64,000 nucleotides of DNA from Guillardia theta CCMP2712 (Eukaryota; Protista; Cryptophyta). The notes beneath the pieces were generated by a model, which saw only the letters and a list, made by a program, of their open reading frames with translations, did not search any database and was not told the origin of the DNA. Position numbers and translations under genes: made by a program. Within the stretch, counting starts at the first letter, position 1. Each line of letters opens with the position of its first letter. Location of the stretch: the NCBI RefSeq assembly GCF_000315625.1, contig NW_005434624.1:389100-453099 (forward strand), given 5' to 3'. Positions 26,410-36,264 of this stretch are shown piece by piece.

Positions 26410-27939
26410 TCATCTCTTCTCCCCGGCCACTTGCTCCTTCACCTTGCTTCTGTCCTGAGTCTTGCTGAGCTCTCGCGACACGTCGGTCAGACGGAAACCT
26501 CCGCCTACTCGTTTTGCATCCCCTACAGCACGTGCGGGCTTGCTGGTTCCAGCAACCTTTTCCTTGACGCTTGGCGTTCTGACCTTCAACTCGAAAGACG
26601 TCGACGTCACCGCGCTCGCTCCCTTCCTCGAGCTGGGATCGAAGGCTCTCGCATGGAGGACGAGCGGAGAGGAGCTCGCCAGGGAGCTCACTGGAATGGG
26701 GCCCGAGACCACGTGCGAGTCCTGCATGTCGGACAAGGAGATGGTCTTGGCTACCTGACTGTAGAGGATGGTGGCTCCTGGAGTAGAGCAGGTGATGGTC
26801 ACCTGTCCCGAGGGCAGCAGAGCTCCCCCAGCTGGCTGAAAGGAAGGAGGAGAGACCCGCACCTGACGCGAGAAACGTCTGCGCCCCCCGTGACCTCTCC
26901 AGACCTTCTGGATCCTGGTGGCACACAACTTCATCCTTGCCGACGATGCAGGAGGCCGTTTCATCGTCGGCACGGCAGCCTCCTCCTCCTCTCTCTTCAC
27001 CCCCCACGCATGCATCTTCCCCAGCGCGTCTCCTGCAATGAGCATCCCGTGGTGATTTGCGATGAGGGAGAAAATCTGCTCCTTGTCGGCAGTCTCGAAC
27101 TTCATCTTGACCTCCCCCGACACCACGTTGGTAATGCGGATGCCTCCATCAGCATGCGACGAGGTGACCCACCTCCTGGTCCCGTCGACTCTGTGATAGA
27201 CGTTGAAGGAAGCAAGACCGGTCTCCAGCACCGCCCTACCCTTGCCGTTCCTCACATCCGTCACCCTCACTGACCCGTCGAAGGAAGTTGAGAACAGCTC
27301 GAGGTTCGCGAGGTGCAGTGACGTGACGTATCCGGAGTGTCCCGTGAAAGTGTCGCGCTGCTTGCTCGAGCGCAGGTCAAGCGCTGCTATGCTGCAGTCA
27401 TGCAGCCCGCAGTAGACATCAGTTTGCTTTCCTACCACACACAGCGCGGCATCAGGGAGTTTCACCACCGACGAGAAGCCATGGTCTTGCAGTCTCGTTC
27501 TTAGATCCCACACGCGCACACAGCTGTCCCAAGAGGCAGAGAGCACGACGCCGCTCTCATGCAGGAAAAGATGATTGACGCAGTGAGCATGCGCCTTGAT
27601 CTGCTTTATGAGAGAGCGTCGCTCTATGCTCCAAAGACATATGGTCTGATCAAAGGAACCGGACAAGAGCATGTCATCCACTACAAGGAGCGAGCTGATG
27701 TATCCTTGATGCACATGCTGCAGCGTCTCTATCTTCTTTTGCTTCTTCGCATCCCAAATCGAGATTTTCTCGTCGCCACTTCCACATATCATCATCCTCA
27801 CCGACACCTCCCCCGATCCCTCCATCACCGTCTCTAACGCATTGATCGACGAATCATGAGCCTTCACTTGCCAATAATCGTCCGGCCTTGGCGTCCACGC
27901 TAAGCCTTCTGGATTCATTGCTGCTTGCTCCGTGCTCAT
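26410..27939 (-). CDS. WD40-repeat protein with IQ motif and Fn3-like (chitobiase/beta-hexosaminidase C-terminal-like) domain
   Basis: Repeats such as HQGYISSLLVVDDMLLSGSFDQTICLWS, AHAHCVNHL..LSASWDSCVRVWD and GHSGYVTSL; IQ motif CATRIQKVWRGHGGRR; PPSFQPAGGA..VTITCSTPGATILYS. Confidence 0.85.
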   Translation of the reverse strand: MSTEQAAMNPEGLAWTPRPDDYWQVKAHDSSINALETVMEGSGEVSVRMMICGSGDEKISIWDAKKQKKIETLQHVHQGYISSLLVVDDMLLSGSFDQTICLWSIERRSLIKQIKAHAHCVNHLFLHESGVVLSASWDSCVRVWDLRTRLQDHGFSSVVKLPDAALCVVGKQTDVYCGLHDCSIAALDLRSSKQRDTFTGHSGYVTSLHLANLELFSTSFDGSVRVTDVRNGKGRAVLETGLASFNVYHRVDGTRRWVTSSHADGGIRITNVVSGEVKMKFETADKEQIFSLIANHHGMLIAGDALGKMHAWGVKREEEEAAVPTMKRPPASSARMKLCATRIQKVWRGHGGRRRFSRQVRVSPPSFQPAGGALLPSGQVTITCSTPGATILYSQVAKTISLSDMQDSHVVSGPIPVSSLASSSPLVLHARAFDPSSRKGASAVTSTSFELKVRTPSVKEKVAGTSKPARAVGDAKRVGGGFRLTDVSRELSKTQDRSKVKEQVAGEKR

Positions 27940-27954
27940 CCTACTTCTGTTCTG

Positions 27955-27973
27955 CCTCCTCCTGCTGCTCCTG

Positions 27974-28062
<89 letters not shown>

Positions 28063-28112
28063 GCTCCTGTTTCTGCTCCTGCTGCTCCTGTTTCTGCTCC
28101 TCCTGCTCCTGT
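27955..28112. repeat. (CTCCTG)n hexanucleotide repeat upstream of the WD40 start
   Basis: Read directly. Confidence 0.9.
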
Positions 28113-28197
28113 TCTTGGCAACGAACCTTCAGCGGGCCCATCTCCGACGACCTGAGGCGGACTCGAAAAATTCTTCACATCTCCGTTTTCACCAGCG

Positions 28198-28335
28198 GTT
28201 TACTCAAAGTTAAGTTAAAAATCAGTACGAGGACAATCAGGAGAGTCGAGGAGGCTTGACCCTGACACTGTCGCACAGGCCCAACGGCGAGAAGAGAAAA
28301 GACAGCGAGAACCAAACCTAATCCTGCCGACTGCT
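28198..28335. repeat. Dispersed intergenic module, inverted homolog of 17577-17706
   Basis: The reverse complement shares agcagtYggcaggattaggtttggttctc, agcctcctcg, actctccYgattgtcctcgtactg and actttgagtaaac. Confidence 0.85.
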
Positions 28336-28471
28336 GTCCCCCAACCTATTTTAAATGTCTCAGCTCGTTCTACTCATGACATCTACTATCATGTATCGTA
28401 GGCTTCACTTCTAATGTATATATTGACTTTCATAACATCCTTCCTGACTTTGGATTGGTCAGGGGGACTTG

Positions 28472-31400
28472 TCACTCTCCTCGTGTATTGCGATATTCTA
28501 CGTATCGCCTGTGCCCATGGCTGTGTATGACCCAGGCCTTGTAGTCCTTGAGCGACAATTGAAGCTCGCACACGTGTGAGTTCACACCCAGTCGACGAGT
28601 CTCCTCGTTGTCAAGACGGACGTTGAGACACAGGTCACGGTACGCTCCTGATTGCTGCGACGTAAACTCGGGATCGAAACGATTCTTGACGCGCAGGATC
28701 ACGAGCTCCTCGTCCTCGCAGATCCCTCGGAAGCATCTCGTGATGTCCTCGATGCTCTCGAACACTATACATTGCCGCACCACGTCCAGCAGCCGCCAGA
28801 CTTCCCCCTTGTACGACCTGCTCAGCTTCTCGATTGCCCGATCGAATCCCTTGAGACTCGCCCAGCTGTGTCGATACTGCGCATTCCCTTCTTCGTATCG
28901 CACCCACTTGACCTCTCTTGGTCCCTCCTCCCCAGCCTCCACATCCTGCACGAGCCCACCCCACTTCTTGAGCAGCTCCTTCACCTTGCGTAGGTAGGCT
29001 AGCTCAAGCAGCATGGCCTGATTGTAGAGCTGATCCAGACATGCGATCTTCCCCGCGTTATGTCGTAAGAGTCGGTCGAACAATGAAGGGCTATGCTCTT
29101 GCTCTCCCGCCTTCACCTGACATATGGCCCCCTTCCGCCAGGCCTTGTGCCCAGCACCGACAGTCTCCTTCAACCTCGTCACTTGCGCCATCGACTCTTC
29201 GTTGGTCGTCAATGCCCGCCAAACCTCGTTGTAATGCTTCGAGTCGTCCTTGATCCCCTGCCATGCTCGAACGATTGCAATTCTGCGTGCAATGCGCGCA
29301 ATCAGCCAGCCCAGCAGCAGGATCGATCCGTTGACTGGAATCTGAAACTGTCTTTTCTCAAGTACAAGAAAGTAGTGGAAGTTGACAGCAAAGTAGTTCA
29401 TCAAGGCGTCGAACGGAAGAAAAGGGACAAACTTCTCTTCCCAGAACACCAGCAGCAATCCTGAGATCAAAGCCGCAAAGCCTTCAAAGAACAATCGGAC
29501 AAGGTCGGTCGCCCATCCGTCGACGGCCATGTGGATTATTCCACTAGTGATCTGAAAGAAACCAGGCCCGCAGAAGCTAAAGGAGAAGAGCACAATACCC
29601 GTGCGAGGCTTCCCAAGAACGCTCAACAAGGACCCGGTGAAGAGGCCGAAGATCACCGGGAAGATGTAGAAGATCGTGTCGAGAGCTTCATACAGAGGCG
29701 CGACAAGCGTCACCTCGTTCTCAGCTCCTCGCTCTAAGGTTGTGGGATAGGCCTCCTCCCAGAAGGGAATGCAGGCTGTGGTGTAAATATCCCACTTGCA
29801 TCGGGTGCCTGCTTTCAGCCTCCAGCTGGAGTCTTGCAGCTCCCACGGGTTCTTGGTTGAAGAAGTGGTGACCTCCAGCTGGAATCGAACGGGGTCAAGT
29901 CCCTCGGTGCCGAGGCGACTGTCAGTGATGAAGTAGAAGGCGTTGGCGGCTTCGAAACTCTTGAAGGAGAAGTAAAAGTTGTTCTCCTTCTCTACTCCCT
30001 CCACTGCAGAAGAGACCTTACAACCATTCAAGATCCAACCGAGCTTAAGTGAGTAGTTCCCACCGGCTGGTAGTCTGTCCTCCCGCTGTTGCAAAACTTT
30101 CATCCTTGCAGCTTGCACTTGGAACACTTGTTGGCCAGCGAAATCATACCATATCCCTCCGGGTCCGAACGTGTGCACCACATAGAAGATGCCAACAATC
30201 ACCATCGACACCTTGAAAGAGACCTTCTGTATCGCAAGCGTGCAAGGAATGGAAGTGAAGAGCACGCTGCTGCTTCCCGTCTTCCTGACTGCATGTCGCC
30301 GCTCCTTGAGCCTCGCCCCGAGGATGTTTCCAGCAATCAGGCATCTCTGTCTTAACAGGTCCTTATGCCTTTGTTCTTCAGACCAGCAGTGAGGGGCTGA
30401 TTGGTAGAGTGAGTTCAGAGACTCGGCCTCCTCGCCTGCACCGCCAAGATTCTCCACCGCAACCCTTGACAGTCTACGGATCTTATGATGCCTCACCCTC
30501 AGCAACCAAGTGAACGAGTCTAGCATCGCCAAGAACAAGGAGCATTGCGCAGGCAGGTCGATCTGGTGGATGCGCCGGTATGACTTCAAATCGTCCAACA
30601 TGTTCGAGGTTGCCGCAGCTTGCAGACGGGCCAGAACCAGTCGAAGTTCACAAACAAACGCGCATGTGCCGTAGAACCGCGATTGCTCTGTAAATAATCG
30701 AATTTTGAGACAAACATCCCTGACCTGTCCCAAATGTTTGTGCTCGTCCTTCACAGCGAGTCTGTTCGTGAGGCTCACAATCACCACCCCTCGGTCTTCA
30801 AACAGCACTCGCAAACACTCTGTGATGTCTTGTATCCGCTCGAAGACGATGCTCTGCCGCACCAGATCCGTATGTCTTGCAACGGCTCCATGGTACTTTC
30901 GTAAGATCTTTTCGTAGCTTGCTTCGAAGCTCTTCATGGGAGTCTCATGGAAACGAGCGATACACCCGTGCGAGGTCTGCAGTTTTTCAACGATGACCAC
31001 CAATTTGTCAACAAACACTTTCTGCATCACAACCCCCTGGGCGTACAGTTGGTCAAAACTAGTGATCTCGTTTGTTTCCGAAAGCTTTACACTTGAGCGG
31101 GAGGTAAAAGCTCCAAATGATTCGTGCGTAGAAGGTGAGCAAGATCTTTTCGATGAAGAGAATGCTTCCAAGGCTCGAATCCTTTCGACATCTAGGTTTG
31201 CATCTCCTTGGTTTGTCTGAATTGGTGCAAGACAAAATTGCCGCAAGTGCTTCCGAGCGCTTTTGCAACCAGTGTAAGCCACTTCATGCAGCTCTCTCAA
31301 GCTTGAGTCGCCTCCCTGGGATAGTATGTCTTCCCAAACCTTCTCCAGCTCGGCCTGGTGATTCATGGCAGACTTGCGGGAGGAAGCTCTGAGGTATTCA

Positions 31401-32675
31401 CGGATTGCCATCAAGACAAGAAAGAAAAGCAGCTGCACGATTCTCATGTATGCCCCGTTTGATCTCAGTGCAGCCTCCACCCCAAGGAGAATCGCTGATG
31501 ACGCTGCCCCCAGCTCCAACACCAGGCACTCGTGAACAACGAGAGGACAAGGAAAAAGCAGCAGGATCTGGAGGGAAGGGACTCAGAAGAGGGAGAGGAC
31601 GAGACGGGCAGTACCATGAGGCTCTCGATCAGCGCCGCATACTCCACCTCTAAGTTGCAGCTGCTCCACGTGACAATGAACTCGGACATGCCAACAGCTG
31701 CCGAGAGGAAATATCCCAAGCACAGCATCTACCATCTCCCCATCACTCGCATATGAGTATCGGGTTTACAAGCACACTTACCGGTACCGACGCGTGGAGC
31801 CTTTTTAGATGCGCGCATGCTACAGCAAGCAAGATTCCGAGCCCCTTGAACAATCGCTCCAAGACCCTCGCATATGCAGGCCACCGGCATTTGATCGCGT
31901 TCCAGCTGATCTTGATGAGCTGATTTCGTGGAAGCGAAGCCAACATCCTCGAGAAGTCTTGCTCGAGCACGTCTTGACCTACAGGGACGGGAACTACTCG
32001 ATCCAACGACTGCATGGACTGCATCACGTAGACTTTCCAGTGCTCGCCGTCGCTGGATGACTCAAGGGTGAATTCGACGGGGTTGAACTCATTGCTAGAG
32101 TTGGATGTGAGAAAGTACCAGCCATCGAAAGAGTGCGAGGCATCTAATCTCAAAGTCACGGAAGCTCCTTGCCTCTCTTCAACATACTCGTCTCCTAGCG
32201 GATACCTCGGAATCAAACAGTCCCCTCTCAGCACTCCGAAGGATTGTATCCCAGGAGATGTTATGGCAGGCCCTGACAGTCCATTCTGAAGCTTTCTAGC
32301 AGTGAATCGAAAGAAACGAGACGCTCCTTGGGGCTGACTAATGCTTGAAAGCGACCAAGTCGCTGAGTGAGACAGTGGCAAAAACAGGAAAAGGAAAGCA
32401 ATGACAGCCAAACCCGCTTGGAAGATCCTCACAGACAGAAACCAGGTGAAGGGATGTGAAGAACAGAGAATCTCAAAGCTCTTATTCGCAAAGATCTTGG
32501 TTCGAGCAGCTTCCAGAGAATTTTGTAGCCTGTCACCCTCTATCTTGGTGCTCTCCACAAGATAGTCGAGCCACACCTGAGGGAACTCTTCTGTGCAGTT
32601 TGGCTGAGAGGAGATTCTTCCAGGCCTCAAGCTTTTGCCTGCATCCTCTTCCACCATGACCGTCATCTCGGCCAT
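28472..32675 (-). CDS. Multi-pass membrane protein (about 1367 aa) with two RelA/SpoT-like nucleotidyltransferase/synthetase domains
   Basis: Exons 32675-31782, 31728-31615 and 31567-28472 join in frame through 53-nt and 47-nt GT-AG introns. Domain 2 reads LKGFDRAIEK, LLDVVRQCIVF, VKNRF, SGAYRDL, CELQL, HGHRRY. Domain 1 reads MKSFEASYEK, TDLVRQSIVF, LTNRL, GQVRDV, CELRL. Confidence 0.85.
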
Positions 32676-33035
32676 GCTCCCTGTTCACGCAACCGACATG
32701 TCCACATCTTGCAACTCGCAACCCCGCTCCCTGTTTCCGCGCAACCCCTGGCAGAGGGAAGACCACCCCTCATGTGAGGCTGAGCCATTGGGAACACATA
32801 CCCTAGCAGCCCGCCTGCAGGGGGTGAGGGTCAGCCGATCGCCGGAACGAGTACGTGCGCCGGTTAATTATTATGTTAAATCATTATTACTTCACTAGTT
32901 GAGTAATCAAGAAAAGACTTCACACTGCTGCATGTTGCGATCGATCACGCAGCTACTCATGGCCCATTGAGCGTAGCATCAAGAGGATTGCTCTCAAGTA
33001 AACATGATACCGCCCCTCGTGAAGCTCGTGATGGA

Positions 33036-34520
33036 ATGACGACGGCTGAAATTGCCGACGTGTATCGCTTCCAGTGGAGGCTAAGAGAGATTGAAAGAGC
33101 CTTCCGAGCCTTTCGAGAGAGCGAAGCGATGGAGGAAGTGCATCTGACTCTGTTCAGCGAGGACCCGAAGATCAGAGAGGACAGAGTCGAGATCAATGTC
33201 GAAGGGATCGACGTGGAGGAGGACCGAAGCACCAAGTCGTGGAACGGGTCCAAGATATGCATCTTCCTTGACTCTATGGAGGATGCTCGACGCATGACGA
33301 AGGAGCTGCCTTTCTCTTTAGAAAGCGCAGCAATCAAGCTCGAAGCAGTCGGCTTCAACATGAAGCCTGAGAGGAGGTAGCGGCGACGCTCAGCATGAGG
33401 AGAGCGCGGGAGAGTGGCTGGAGCTTACAGACCTGGAGAGGATCACAATGGAGGCAGCTTCTCCATCCAGCAAAGACGACATGCAGCTCGTGTGCGAGCT
33501 CTCAGCAGTCATCCAGGAGGCAACTTCTTTGAACGAGATGAGGACGAGCGAGCGGATCAAGCTGGTCTTGGACAAGGCCGTAGGAAACCTCCACGACACC
33601 TTCTACTCACCGGAAAGCCTGGAGTTCATGTCGCTGGGAGAGTGGGCGAAGACCCCAGAGGAGCAGGGAGTGGGACGCAATGTTCTCAAGGAGCAGCTGG
33701 CGGAGTGGCTGCACAGCAAGCGCTGGACTCGCGTGCAGGGAGACAGCAAGAAGGCCAGGAGGGGCAGCGCGTTCTCGCCACGGGCAACGGCAGCGGCTGA
33801 GCTTGAGCAGGAGGCGGAGAGCGACGACATAGAGCGTCGATCTCTTAGCTTCCTGTTCATAGCACTGAGTAAATTTGCAGAGATGCATGTGCTGGCCTGC
33901 TCACTGAAGGTGGACAAGAAAACCCGACTGCGGCTGAAGATGAGGGAAGATGATGAAGAGGAGGAGGACATGGAAGAAGAGCAAGGCGAGGGCGAGGAAG
34001 GCGACAGGGCGAGCCCGCACTGAGCTTGAGCTGAAAGCAAGACAGCACGGCGAAGAAGAGGTGGACAAGAAGGGGACTCGAGGACTCCGGCGACCAACGA
34101 GTCAGCGAGGTAAGCTAGGTAAGGAGAGGAGGTAGGGGGCAACTGAAGGCCAAGGTGAGGAGAGGCAACTCTTCTGACTAAGGCTGAGGAAGCCTTGATG
34201 CTTTTACTTGCAGGGATCGAACACAAACGTGATAGGTGGGTCCAACTACTGCAGGAGACAGCCGAGCTGGAGATCGAGCGTGTGAGTGTCGAGCTATTAC
34301 AGCTAGTGGAGAGGATCGCTGGGAGCACTAATGAGCAGGAACAGAAAGCCGAGCTCCGGGCTCAGGAGGTGGCCGGGCAAAGAAAGCCGAGCTCGAGATC
34401 GAGAGCAGGCTACGCGAACTACTGCAGCTAGAGGCGAGGATTGCCGCCAGCATTAATGAGCTGAAAAAAAGTCGAGCATGGAGGCAAGCAATCAAGAGAA
34501 TTGCTCTCATCGGGATGTGA
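33036..34520 (+). CDS. Hypothetical protein with acidic tract and C-terminal coiled coil (multi-exon)
   Basis: ORFs 32967..33380 and 33448..34023, then a last exon ending ...IALIGM*; coding-like GC3 bias and short introns. Confidence 0.6.
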
Positions 34521-34664
34521 AATGCTTCGTGTTCGGAAAGCATCGATGCGAAACAAGCTTTTGATACGGAAGTGCTATCGTGATATCAAGGATATTATTG
34601 CGATCTACTTTGGTTTGGACGGAAAAAGATGAAAACCAAGAAAAACAGAGGTTTTCATTTTCAA

Positions 34665-35420
34665 GTGCATGATGAAGCACAATCGTAATTTGGCCGCCAA
34701 AGTTGTCTTCGACGATGATGTTCTTGACAGCCATTCACAATGGCTTCTGTTTCATTTTCCATCGCACCTTATCCTCAGGAAAGAAGAGAAGGAGGTTGGG
34801 GGAAGGGCATGATGGAAGCGGTGTAGCTAAGATTGAAAAGCATCAGCCGAATTTGATTTGGTCCTCCCAGAAGCTTTGAAAAAGACTGCAAATTGGTAAC
34901 ATGCACAAACCTTGTGTATGGAGACAGAGCCGAGAAAACAACGAGGGGGTTTGGTAGACCTTGGGATTGAGTTCTTTCAAAGTGTGATGTTTCTGTCCGA
35001 CGGCGTGGAATTCTCGCTCGAGGAATAAGTCCAACCAGCTGATGCAAATCAAATAAACTTTTCTCAACTTATTTCCTTGTAGACCTTATCTTTTAACCAT
35101 TCGCAGGGTCCAATGAGTATAGATCAGTCGTGATCTTCTGATTCAGTAATCCTTGCGACCCGACAGCCCTGAACTTAACTGACAAGATTGAGGTTTTCAA
35201 AAGAGATACATCGTTATCGTTATATCTTTCACCTTTTTACCAAGATTGCTTCATTCAAGAATGCTGGAAACTTTGAAGCCTGCATTGAGCGTCTAGCATT
35301 ACTATCTAAAGTGAGTTACCTCGTGCGCCAGAAATGCGTTGTATTGCTTCCTGCACGGTCTGTCAATCAACCTCCTTGCTTGACAACTCGAGATCACATC
35401 AGCATCTCTGCTTACATGGT
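34665..35420 (-). CDS. Possible small intron-rich hypothetical gene
   Basis: Successive GT..AG-bounded segments on the minus strand, e.g. RKQYNAFLAHE|ASKFPAFLNEAIL and WLDLFLEREFHAVGQKHHTLKELNPK. Confidence 0.35.
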
Positions 35421-35515
35421 GTATGTGTCTTTGCCAGATCACCGTCTCCATCCAACTCACGACCATTTCCAATCATCCCGTCTCCAATCATCCAACTATT
35501 CAGACCAACAAACCA

Positions 35516-35842
35516 GGACTCACTCGATCAAAGGACTCACTCGATCAAAGGACTCACTCGATCAAAGGACTCACTCGATCGGATCAAAGGACTCACTCGA
35601 TCAAAGGACTCACTCGATCAAAGGACTCACTCGATCAAAGGACTCACTCGATCGGATCAAAGGACTCACTCGATCAAAGGACTCACTCGATCAAAGGACT
35701 CACTCGATCAAAGGACTCACTCGATCAAAGGACTCACTCGATCAAAGGACTCACTCGATCAAAGGACTCACTCGATCAAAGGACTCACTCGATCAAAGGA
35801 CTCACTCGATCAAAGGACTCACTCGATCGGATCAAAGGACTC
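35516..35842. repeat. 17-bp minisatellite (ggactcactcgatcaaa) x18; units 4, 8 and 18 carry an extra ggatc
   Basis: Units counted directly; no spacers between them. Confidence 0.95.
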
Positions 35843-36264
35843 TGCTCTGCTCTACGATGTCTGGGATCTGCCGCTCGAAGAACCCGATGTCCGGGCCTAC
35901 GGTGGGTCCGTTAGTACCAGGCTAGCGTTGACTGAAACGTGAGGATAAGATAATATGGCAGGTATGCCAGTCGCGCGCGGGCGTTGGTAGGACAGTATGT
36001 GGCGTGACCGATGTTGTGCTTGCAAGACAGCAATGGCAAGATTGAGAAGATGATGCTGGAGTTTAAGCTGGGATGATAATCAGAATCTCATGTTTCACTC
36101 TCCGCAAGTCTGGGATGACCTTGTCGTGAATATCGCCGTTAACTCTACTCTCCATTGCCTTGTGCGTGAGCAGCATGGGATGAGAAGGAAAGACCTGGGC
36201 TCCGTAGGAGAAGCTCTCACTTGGGGTTTTAGATAGCTCACTTGGTTGATTGACGTCAACAGCG

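Noticed and set aside
27888-28259. Poly-L, poly-PA, poly-CS and poly-QE ORFs
   Set aside because: These are translations of the (CTCCTG)n microsatellite; the QE frame ends in a stop just before the WD40 ATG.
35516-35842. CRISPR-like array or repeat-protein ORFs (35188..35942)
   Set aside because: Units are contiguous with no unique spacers, there are no cas genes, and the ORFs are open only because the unit lacks stops on that strand.
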